The position numbers and the translations under genes are program-made. Under the pieces are notes generated by a model. It did not search any database and was not told where the DNA came from. It saw only the letters and a program-made list of their open reading frames with translations. This document shows positions 9,416 through 17,258 of a DNA stretch of 64,000 bases, in pieces. The stretch's first letter is position 1. Every line of letters starts with the position of its first letter. Origin of the DNA: Thermoplasmata archaeon (GTDB lineage: Archaea; Thermoplasmatota; Thermoplasmata; Lutacidiplasmatales; UBA184); NCBI GenBank assembly GCA_027314915.1, contig DAHUZZ010000006.1, positions 23,869 to 87,868 of the forward strand. Reading direction: 5' to 3'.

Positions 9416-10186
9416 CTACGCCTCCCTCCAGACCGGGCTCCGCTTCTCCAGGAAGGCGCGGAGCCCCTCCTCGGCGTCGGGGGAGGCCATGAGCTCCTCC
9501 CGGTACAGCCGCTCGGCGTGCGCGACGTGGGTCCAGGGGTCGGAGGTGGTGCGCCGGATCGCCCGCTTCATCAGCCGGAGCGTCTCCCGGCGGTAGCCGC
9601 AGATCGTCTGGGAGAGGAGCGCGACGGTCGCCGGGAGTTCGACGGCCGGCACCGCCCGGTTCACCACGCCCAGGGCGGCGGCCTGGGCCGCGCTCAGGGT
9701 GGCGCCGGTCATCATGAGCTCGAAGGCGGTCCGGCTCCCGAGCGCCTGCGGGTAGTAGGCGGCGGCGAACGGCGCGAAGACGCCGAGGCGGACCTCGGGC
9801 TGGGAGAAGGTCGCATCGTCCGCGGCGTAGGCCAGGTCGCAGGCCATGAGGAGCTCGAGGCCGCCGCCCAGGCAGCGGCCGTGGACCTCCGCGATCGTGG
9901 GCGCCGGCAGCTCCCAGAGCGCGTGGAGCGCCCGGTCGAACGCCCCGAGCATCGCGTCCACGCGGGGCGCGAGGTGGTCCCCGATCTCGAAGCCGGCGCT
10001 CCAGCCCTTGCCGAGCCCCCGGACGATGACGACCTTGGCCTCGCGGACCTCCCGGCGGTGGAGTGCCGTGGCGAGCTTCGTGAGCAGGTCGACGTCGAAG
10101 ATGTTGAGCGGGGGCCGTGACCACTCCACCGTGGCCCGGCCCTCGACGATCGCGACCTGGACCTCCCCGGGGGGACGCGTCGGCAT
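9416..10186 (-). CDS. dch: Crotonase-fold enzyme, probable cyclohexa-1,5-diene-1-carbonyl-CoA hydratase
   Basis: RPPLNIFD, WSAGFEI.DH, CLGGGLEL, QPEVRLGVFAP. Position in the BCR operon. Confidence 0.78.
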   Translation of the reverse strand: MPTRPPGEVQVAIVEGRATVEWSRPPLNIFDVDLLTKLATALHRREVREAKVVIVRGLGKGWSAGFEIGDHLAPRVDAMLGAFDRALHALWELPAPTIAEVHGRCLGGGLELLMACDLAYAADDATFSQPEVRLGVFAPFAAAYYPQALGSRTAFELMMTGATLSAAQAAALGVVNRAVPAVELPATVALLSQTICGYRRETLRLMKRAIRRTTSDPWTHVAHAERLYREELMASPDAEEGLRAFLEKRSPVWREA

Positions 10187-10195
10187 GGCCCCCCC

Positions 10196-11437
10196 TCAGT
10201 CGAAGAGCTGCGATTCCACGAACGTCTCGAGCTGGAGCCGGGCCTGCTCGTACGTCGTCGACCGCTCCTCGAACTCCATCTGCAGGTAGGGGATGTTCCG
10301 CTTCTCGAGGGCCCGGCGGTAGAGGACCACGTCCTCCAGGGCCGGCTCGCAGAACTTCGCCGTGAGGAACAGGACCCCCTGGGCCCCCGTCCGCTCCACC
10401 CGCGCGAGGATCCCCGCCTCCTTCGTGGTCGGGGTGGCCCGCACGCCGATGTCCACGGGGGCCTCGAGGTAGGCCCGCGCCAGGTTCTCGAGCGGGTCGC
10501 CCTCCGACGGCACGTCCCCGTACCAGCGGGACAGCATCTGGAACTCCTCGCCGACGACGGCGCAGCCGGACTCCTCCAGCAGCGAAAGGAGGTCGAGGGT
10601 CGGCTGCTCGCAGAAGGGCCCGACGACGACCACGCGGAGCGCGTCCCGCGGCTTCCGGTGCCGGGCCGTGAGCTCGGCGAGCGCCCGTTCAAGGAGCTCG
10701 ATGTGGAGCTCGCGGGGGAGCGTGCTCCCGAGCCGGGTGAGGAGGTACATCTCCACCAGCGAGAGGTCGGCCGGGCGCTCCCGGCGGAGATCGGCGAGCT
10801 CGCCCACGAGCCTCCGCTGCCGGTTGAACGTCGCGAGCGACGCCCGGAGATGTTCGGGGTCGTAGGCCCGGCCCGCGACCCGCTCGAGCTTCGCGAGGAG
10901 CCGCCGGTACTCGGCGATGAGGAACGGGAGCGTCGCCGCGGATCCGAAGTTCTGGGGGAGATGCAGCATGTGGGTCATCTTCCCCGGGAGGCTCCGGGCG
11001 AAGATCCCCTCGAGGTTGCGGCTCACGTCGCAGATGTAGGGGAAGACGAAGCCCTCGAAGGCGTCGAGGCGTCCGGTGAGCGCCATCTCGAGCGTCGACT
11101 TGCTGATGGAGCAGAGGAAGGAGCCGAGGAGCGCATCGGCGTGGGTGATCTCGAGGTTCTCCCCGCCGCCCTGGACGGTCACCGGCAGCATCCCGAGCGC
11201 GTGGATCAGTTCCTGCGGCGTGTAGACCGGGAACGTGGCGACGGAGCGGCCCCCGGCGCGCTTCCAGGCGCGCGCGACCGGGAAGGTGGGGTCCCCGAGG
11301 ACCTCGCCCGCGAGGCGCACCATCTCGGCAACGCCGGCGGCCGAGCGGAACTCGGCGAGGTCGTTGGAGAGCTCGAGGGAGGGGGCGGCCGGCTCCTCCT
11401 CCGTCCGCTCGCCGATCGTGAGGAGCGGCGCGGCCAT
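10196..11437 (-). CDS. bcrC: Benzoyl-CoA reductase subunit C (BcrC/BzdN-like, HGD-D family)
   Basis: PVYTPQELIHA.G, SFLCSI, PYICDVSRNL, GPFCEQP, AKFCEPAL, LETFVES. Start at the ATG at 11437. Confidence 0.82.
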   Translation of the reverse strand: MAAPLLTIGERTEEEPAAPSLELSNDLAEFRSAAGVAEMVRLAGEVLGDPTFPVARAWKRAGGRSVATFPVYTPQELIHALGMLPVTVQGGGENLEITHADALLGSFLCSISKSTLEMALTGRLDAFEGFVFPYICDVSRNLEGIFARSLPGKMTHMLHLPQNFGSAATLPFLIAEYRRLLAKLERVAGRAYDPEHLRASLATFNRQRRLVGELADLRRERPADLSLVEMYLLTRLGSTLPRELHIELLERALAELTARHRKPRDALRVVVVGPFCEQPTLDLLSLLEESGCAVVGEEFQMLSRWYGDVPSEGDPLENLARAYLEAPVDIGVRATPTTKEAGILARVERTGAQGVLFLTAKFCEPALEDVVLYRRALEKRNIPYLQMEFEERSTTYEQARLQLETFVESQLFD

Positions 11438-11439
11438 CG

Positions 11440-12255
11440 CTAGGCCACCGCCGCCGACGGGGAGACGCCCTGCTCGATCCGGAGCTTCCGGGCCCGGCCC
11501 AGCATCGCGCTCCCGAGGGCCGCCGCGTAGTGGCCCTGCGGGGAGACGTTCACCGGGCACCCGATCGTCTGCGAGAGCGCGCGGACCATCCCCGGGTTGT
11601 GGACGAGCCCGCCCACCAGGGTGACCTCCGGCGCGATCCCGACGTAGCGCATCAGCGCGTGGGAGCGCTGGGCGAGGGAGAGGAAGATGCCCATGAGCAT
11701 GTCCGGGAGCGGGACCCCCTCGGCGACGTTGTTGATGATCTCCGTCTCGGCGAGCACGGCGCAGACGCTCGAGATGAGCCGGGGGTGCTCGGCGTCGAGC
11801 GCCTTGGGGCCCATCGCCCCGATGGGCACCTGCAGGTACTTCGAGCAGCGTTCGACGAACCGGCCGGCGCCGGCCGCGCACTTCTCGTTCATCTTGAACC
11901 GGGTCACCTTCCCGGTCTCGGTGACGGCCAGGGCGCGGGAGGACTGGGCGCCGATGTCGACCACGTGCCGGGTCCCGGGGAAGAGGAAGACCGCGCCGCG
12001 TCCGGAGGAGGTGATGTCGCTCACCTGGAGGTCGCGCTCGGGAAGGCCGCTCCGTCCGAAGCCCGTCGTGCAGACGTAGTCGATGTCGCCGGTGAGGACG
12101 TTCCCCTCCTCGCCCAGCACCTCGAGGACCCGGCGCGCGGCGGCCGCCGGGTTCCCCCGGGTGGGCTCGATCGCCGTGCCCAGGATGCGGCGGCCGTCCT
12201 CGAGGAGGACGCCCTTCGTCGAGCTCGAGCCCACGTCGAGGCCGCAGGTGATCAT
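11440..12255 (-). CDS. bcrD: Benzoyl-CoA reductase ATP-binding activase subunit (BcrD/BzdP-like)
   Basis: ASKHA motifs GLDVGSSSTK and VVDIGAQ, plus cluster Cys in MNEKCAAGAG and SVCAVLAETE. Confidence 0.8.
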   Translation of the reverse strand: MITCGLDVGSSSTKGVLLEDGRRILGTAIEPTRGNPAAAARRVLEVLGEEGNVLTGDIDYVCTTGFGRSGLPERDLQVSDITSSGRGAVFLFPGTRHVVDIGAQSSRALAVTETGKVTRFKMNEKCAAGAGRFVERCSKYLQVPIGAMGPKALDAEHPRLISSVCAVLAETEIINNVAEGVPLPDMLMGIFLSLAQRSHALMRYVGIAPEVTLVGGLVHNPGMVRALSQTIGCPVNVSPQGHYAAALGSAMLGRARKLRIEQGVSPSAAVA

Positions 12256-13043
12256 GCGGCCGCCCCCTCGCACCGGGCCTGGCCGGCCAGCGCGGCCCCG
12301 AGGGCGCCCATGAACTGGGAGAGCGGGCTCACGTTCACCGGGGCGCCGAGCCGCCGGCGCAGCGCGAGGACCATCCCCTCGTTCCGCGAGACCCCGCCGG
12401 TGAAGGTGACCTCGGGCTCGATCCCCACGCGCTGCATGAGCGAGAGGCTCCGGCTCACGATGCTCGCGTGGAGGCCGGCGAGGATGTCCTTCGGCTCCTT
12501 CCCCCGGGAGACGAAGGAGGTGACCTCCGACTCCGCGAAGACGGTGCAGGTGCTCGTCACCTTGAGCGGGTGGCGCGCCTGGAGGGAGAGGGGGCCGATC
12601 TCCCCGATGTCGAAGCCCAGGGCGTTCGCGCAGACCTCGAGGAAACGGCCGGTCCCGGCGGCGCACTTGTCGTTCATGGCGAAGTCGATGACCTCGCCGG
12701 AGGAGCCGACCCGGATCGCCTTCGTGTCCTGGCCCCCGATGTCGAGGACGAGCCGGGTGCCCGGGAAGAGGAAGTGCGCCCCCCGGGCGTGGCAGGAGAT
12801 CTCCGTGACCGTGAGCTGGCCGAAGTACACCTTGTAGCGTCCGTAGCCGGTCCCGGCGATGAACGCCGCCTCGGAGCGCTCGCGCCGCGCGTCCCGGAGG
12901 GCGAGCTCGAGCGCGACCTCGGCGTCCTTCACGATGTCCACGCCGACCGGGCTCAGGGACTTCCCGACGATCTCCTTCCCCTCGAGGAGGACGCACTTCG
13001 CCGTCGTCGAACCGATGTCCATGCCCGCGACGAGCGCGCTCAT
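12252..13043 (-). CDS. bcrA: Benzoyl-CoA reductase ATP-binding activase subunit (short BcrA/BzdQ-like)
   Basis: GMDIGSTTAK, GTGYGR, EISCHARGA, LDIGGQD, MNDKCAAGTGRF, STCTVFAESE. Confidence 0.8.
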   Translation of the reverse strand: MSALVAGMDIGSTTAKCVLLEGKEIVGKSLSPVGVDIVKDAEVALELALRDARRERSEAAFIAGTGYGRYKVYFGQLTVTEISCHARGAHFLFPGTRLVLDIGGQDTKAIRVGSSGEVIDFAMNDKCAAGTGRFLEVCANALGFDIGEIGPLSLQARHPLKVTSTCTVFAESEVTSFVSRGKEPKDILAGLHASIVSRSLSLMQRVGIEPEVTFTGGVSRNEGMVLALRRRLGAPVNVSPLSQFMGALGAALAGQARCEGAAA

Positions 13044-14335
13044 GCGGCGACCTCCGTGGCCGGCGCCTTCGTCGTCCGGCGCTGGTCGAGGGACTCGAAG
13101 AACGCGTCCATCCGGTTCTTGATCTGGGCCGGGGCGAAGTAGCGGGGGTCCTGGTGGTCCGACTCGATGTACAGCGTCGGGACCCCCTGGTCGTGGATGA
13201 GCCAGTCCCGGAGGTCGCCCTGGCCCGCCGTGAAGGAGCGGCACGACTTGATCCCGTGGATCACGACCGCGTCGACGGAGTACTCGCGCAGGTACTCCTG
13301 GATCAGCTTCCGCCGGAGCGTCCAGGACTGGTTCACGTAGGCGCCAAGGCTGTACTCGGCGATGCTCTCGAAGGGCCGGGCGGGGTCGTGGAGGAACCCC
13401 CGGTCGAAGAGCCCCCCGACCTTGGGGTACGTCGCGACCACCGAGACCGCCCCCCACTTCCGGAAGAAGTCCCAGAAGGTCCGGTAGTTGGTGTACGGCG
13501 GGACCCCCTCCACCAGGACCCGGACCTTCTCCTCGGGCAGCGGGAGGTTGCCCTCCCGGACCCTCCGCTCGACCTCGGCGTTCACGACGTCGTAGAAGTC
13601 GGCGGCCTGGGCCGTGCCGCGCAGCACGTTGATCGGGAACATGTAGAAGATCGCCTCGAAGTAGGCCTCGATGGGCGACGGCCGGAGCCGTCCCGCGCGC
13701 AGGTAGCGGGCCCATCCCTCCTCGGCGCGCCGGGTCTCGCGCAGGACCCGCTTGAGCTCCTCCATGTCGAACGCGCGGCCGGTGCGCTTCTCGAGCTGGT
13801 GGACGAACTCCCAGAGCTGGGCGACCATGTACTGGATGTCCTCCTTGTACGGGACCTCCTCGCGCAGGTACGGCACGTCGTAGGTGAACATCGGCGCGCC
13901 GTAGCTCTCGGCGAGCGCCTCCCACCACTTCACGTAGACATAGCAGCCGGAGAAGCTGCAGACGAGCAGGTCGGGCCGCGGGATCCGGCCGAAGGGCGTG
14001 GAGCCTCCCAGGTCCTGGAGCCCGAGGTCGTTCTTCACGTAGCCGCAGACGTCGAGCCCGTAGCCCATCGCCTCGGCGTGCAGGATGTTCTCGAGCGAGC
14101 GGTGCTTGATGGCGCAGTTGAGGGCGACGATCTCGGGGAAGACGACCTCGTAGCCGAACGACCGGACGATCTCGGTCAGGTTCCCGCCGACGAGCATGTA
14201 GGCGACGGGTCGCTGGGGGCCGCCCGCCTCCGCGAGACCGCGGTAGTACTCCTCCACCAGGCGTCGCTGGAGCTCGCGCCCGGAGTCCAGGAAGTCGCCC
14301 TCGCGCGGGGGCGCGGCCCCGGCGGCCCCGGTCAC
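13040..14335 (-). CDS. bcrB: Benzoyl-CoA reductase subunit B (BcrB/BzdO-like, HGD-D family)
   Basis: DVCGYVKND, PRPDLLVCSFSGC..Y.KW, IKSCRSF, LYIESDHQDPR, NRMDAFFESL. GTG start overlaps the oah stop (GTGA). Confidence 0.82.
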   Translation of the reverse strand: MTGAAGAAPPREGDFLDSGRELQRRLVEEYYRGLAEAGGPQRPVAYMLVGGNLTEIVRSFGYEVVFPEIVALNCAIKHRSLENILHAEAMGYGLDVCGYVKNDLGLQDLGGSTPFGRIPRPDLLVCSFSGCYVYVKWWEALAESYGAPMFTYDVPYLREEVPYKEDIQYMVAQLWEFVHQLEKRTGRAFDMEELKRVLRETRRAEEGWARYLRAGRLRPSPIEAYFEAIFYMFPINVLRGTAQAADFYDVVNAEVERRVREGNLPLPEEKVRVLVEGVPPYTNYRTFWDFFRKWGAVSVVATYPKVGGLFDRGFLHDPARPFESIAEYSLGAYVNQSWTLRRKLIQEYLREYSVDAVVIHGIKSCRSFTAGQGDLRDWLIHDQGVPTLYIESDHQDPRYFAPAQIKNRMDAFFESLDQRRTTKAPATEVAA

Positions 14336-15447
14336 GGGGACCTCCGCGCGCCGCCCCCGTGGACCGAGGCGCCGCACCGGCCGCAGAAGTCGAACGCGGC
14401 GGGGAGCCCGATCGTGCCGCACTTCGGGCAGCTCCGGGCGGGCGGCCCGAACCGGAACTCCGGGCTCTCCCCGCGGGCGAGCTGCGCCCGGATCTCGCGC
14501 GTCCGGGCCGGTCGCTTCTCGACGAACGCGCGCATCCCCTCGAACGGTTCGGCGGTCGCGAAGTGGAGCGCGAGCCACTCCTGGGCGTGCCCGGCGGTCT
14601 GGCTCCAGACGAGCTCCTTCCAGAAGTTGGTCTGCTCCTTGGTGTACCGCAGGCACTCCGGGAACATCCCGAGCAGCCGCTCGGCGAGCGACGCGACGGC
14701 GGCGTCGAGGGGGCGGAGATCGATCGCATACTCCTCCTTCCCGCGCCCCGCGAGCTCGACCTCCCGGTCCGAGGGGACCGCGATGAGATCGCCCTGGTGG
14801 CGGATCGACGGCGCGACCTCGGAGACGAGCCCCCACTCGAGGGCCCGCGCGGCCGGGATCCGCTCGTTGAGGAAGAGCATCCGCCGGGCGCGACGGTCGC
14901 CCACGGCGAGGGTGAGCCACTGGGTCGCCCCGCCGGCCGCGACGGAACCGACCCCGACCCCCACCTGGCCGATGTAGACGTGGCTGGCCGCGACGGAGAG
15001 GTCGCAGGCGAGGTGGAGCTCGTTCCCGCCGCCGACGGTGATCCCGTTCAGCCGCGCGATGGTGGGCTTCCCGCACCGCAGCAGCGCGTCGACGGCGTCC
15101 CGGAAGAGCGCCATGTACTTCCAGTAGTCGTGCGGGCGCTGGGTGTAGCGGGAGGCGTACTCCTTCACGTCCCCGCCCGTGCAGAACGCGCGGGTGCCGG
15201 TGCCCGTGAGCACGATCACGCCGACGGAGTCATCGCAGGAGGCGTCCCGGACCGCCTGCGCGAGCTCCTTGAGCGTGTGGGTCGAGTAGGAGTTGAGCGC
15301 CCCGGGCCGGTCGAGGGCGATGGTGGCCACGCCCGCGAGCTTCGTGTAGCGGAGCTCCCGGAACTTGAGCGCCGGGGCGGGCGCGAATTCGTCGGGGGAT
15401 TCGTCGGCGGCCCGCTCGGCGGATACCGGGGCGACGCTCCGGCTCAT
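14332..15447 (-). CDS. oah: 6-oxocyclohex-1-ene-1-carbonyl-CoA hydrolase (Oah/BamA-like) with a C-terminal C4 zinc ribbon
   Basis: Crotonase motifs AFCTGGDVKEY, GGGNEL, VGSVAAGGATQWL, FPECLRYTK, plus CPKC..CGRC tail. An alternative GTG start lies at 15462. Confidence 0.82.
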   Translation of the reverse strand: MSRSVAPVSAERAADESPDEFAPAPALKFRELRYTKLAGVATIALDRPGALNSYSTHTLKELAQAVRDASCDDSVGVIVLTGTGTRAFCTGGDVKEYASRYTQRPHDYWKYMALFRDAVDALLRCGKPTIARLNGITVGGGNELHLACDLSVAASHVYIGQVGVGVGSVAAGGATQWLTLAVGDRRARRMLFLNERIPAARALEWGLVSEVAPSIRHQGDLIAVPSDREVELAGRGKEEYAIDLRPLDAAVASLAERLLGMFPECLRYTKEQTNFWKELVWSQTAGHAQEWLALHFATAEPFEGMRAFVEKRPARTREIRAQLARGESPEFRFGPPARSCPKCGTIGLPAAFDFCGRCGASVHGGGARRSP

Positions 15448-15533
15448 GGCAGCAGGGCCCACGCAGGGCCCGCGGATTCTGCTGTCCCCTAACCGGTGAG
15501 GGACGCACGGACGGGAGCCGCCCGTTCCCCCGC

Positions 15534-15911
15534 CTACCCCGACCGGAGGCCGGGCGCATCGGGGGAGGCGTCGGACCGCCGGACGGGGGCCGGGGGCCGA
15601 TCGGCCGGGGGCACCGGCCGCAGCTGCTCGAGCGCCCGCACCTTGCCTTCTTCCACGATCTGCCGCAGGACCCTCCAGCAGAACTCGGGGTCGAGCCCCA
15701 GCTCCCGGGCCCGGACGTAGGTGCGGAGCCGCAACGCCGCCTCCTGGTTCGGGTCGACGAGCTCGAGCCCGTGGGCCTGCTTGATCTCCCAGAGGACCGC
15801 CACCAACCGGAGGCGCCGTTCGACGAGCTCGAGGAGCGCGCGGTCGAGCTCGCTGATCTGGGTCCGCACGGAGCGCAGCTCCGCGGGAAGGATCGGCGGC
15901 GAAGAGGTCAC
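15534..15911 (-). CDS. AroQ (type II) chorismate-mutase-like protein
   Basis: LRSVRTQISELDRALLELVERR...EIKQAHG..VDP.QE matches the AroQ helix pattern, but some active-site residues differ. Confidence 0.72.
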   Translation of the reverse strand: MTSSPPILPAELRSVRTQISELDRALLELVERRLRLVAVLWEIKQAHGLELVDPNQEAALRLRTYVRARELGLDPEFCWRVLRQIVEEGKVRALEQLRPVPPADRPPAPVRRSDASPDAPGLRSG

Positions 15912-15997
15912 GTCCCCGGCAGGGGCCGAGCGACTTGGCGTGGACCCCTCACCCGTTAGGGAGGGGAGTTAGGAGCCCCCGACCCCCTCGCGAGGGC

Positions 15998-17173
15998 GTG
16001 GAGCTGGTTCTCGCCTCGAACTTCGACGATGAGCTGGTCCGGAGGACCTCGGAGCTGCCGGTCTCCACGTTCTTCGGGGGGTTCCCCTTCTCGCTGGTCG
16101 GCGGCGGGCGGCCGCCCCGCATCCTCCCGAAGATCGAGGACGATGGCTTCCGCCGGCACGTCGAGGCGGTCCACCGCGCGGGGCGGAAGTTCATCGCCAC
16201 GGTGAACTCCTCGGACCTCGGGCTCCAGGAGTACCGCGAGGGATTCCTCGCCCGGTTCAAGGCCGAGATGGCCCACCTGCTCGAGCTGGGCGTGGACGGC
16301 TTTGTCGTCGCCCTGCCGATCCTCATCCAGACGATCCACGAGGAGTGGCCCGACGTGCCGATCTCCGTCTCCACCTTCGCCCGGATCCGTACGGTGAACC
16401 AGGGGGTCTACTTCCTCCGGCTCGGGGCCTCGACGCTGGTCCTCGAGGAGGCGAACCGGGACTTCGGCCTCATCCGAGGCCTCCGGAACGCGGGGGCCGA
16501 GGTCGAGATCCTGACCAACCAGACCTGCGTGCGCGACTGTCCGTACCGGGCCCACCACCTGAACACGAGCTCGCTCGCCTCCCAGCCCGGGAGCACCGCG
16601 GTCCCGTTCGAGCTCCCGATCCTCCAGTGCGGACTCGAGATGGTCCGGGACCCCACGAAGCTGATCTCGTCGATCTGGGTACGACCGGAGGACCTCGAGG
16701 CGTACGAGGACGTCGGGGTCACCCGGTTCAAGATCTCGGGGCGGAACCGTACGACGGACTGGCTGGTCCGGGTCGCCGAGGCCTATGCGGCGCGGCGCTA
16801 CGAGGGGAACCTCCTCGACATCCTGAGCTTCGTGCAGGTGAAGGGCCCGCTCGCGGCGCTCCAGACGATCGAGCGCGATCCCGCGGCCCGCGACGTGGCG
16901 GGCCGGTTCCGCCGCGCCTACGACTCCCTGTCGCGCGTCACCATCGACAATTCGGCGTTCCCCGCCGGGTTCCTCCGCCGCATCGCCTCGAGCGACTGCC
17001 TGCACCGCTCCTGCGAGGAGTGCGGGTACTGTCCGTCCGTGGCGGAGCGCGTCCTCCGGATCGACGGGGTGCCCCCGTCGAAGTATCGGCCGAACCTCGA
17101 TCCGGGACCGCTGGGGCCGCTCCTCGAACGGATCGGGCGCCCCGCGCCCCCGGACGGGGCGCTGCCGCCGTGA
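15998..17173 (+). CDS. Peptidase U32 family Fe-S protein (UbiU/UbiV/TrhP/RlhA superfamily)
   Basis: TIM-barrel segments (ISVSTFARI, EILTNQTC, FKISGR), Cys cluster CVRDCP..H..C and C-terminal CxxxxCxxCxxC. Start placed at the GTG at 15998. Confidence 0.75.
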   Translation: MELVLASNFDDELVRRTSELPVSTFFGGFPFSLVGGGRPPRILPKIEDDGFRRHVEAVHRAGRKFIATVNSSDLGLQEYREGFLARFKAEMAHLLELGVDGFVVALPILIQTIHEEWPDVPISVSTFARIRTVNQGVYFLRLGASTLVLEEANRDFGLIRGLRNAGAEVEILTNQTCVRDCPYRAHHLNTSSLASQPGSTAVPFELPILQCGLEMVRDPTKLISSIWVRPEDLEAYEDVGVTRFKISGRNRTTDWLVRVAEAYAARRYEGNLLDILSFVQVKGPLAALQTIERDPAARDVAGRFRRAYDSLSRVTIDNSAFPAGFLRRIASSDCLHRSCEECGYCPSVAERVLRIDGVPPSKYRPNLDPGPLGPLLERIGRPAPPDGALPP

Positions 17174-17258
17174 TCTCCCCGGCCCCCGGAGCCCGGGCCC
17201 GCCACCGGCGGGTCTTATCGGCCCGGCCGCGTGCGGGGGGACCGGAGGTGGCCGGTCC

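Noticed and set aside
10196-14335. Interpretation as a 2-hydroxyacyl-CoA dehydratase (HgdABC/FldBC) system
   Set aside because: Two different activase genes plus flanking Oah-, Dch- and Had-like genes fit benzoyl-CoA reductase much better. It is not formally excluded without phylogeny.
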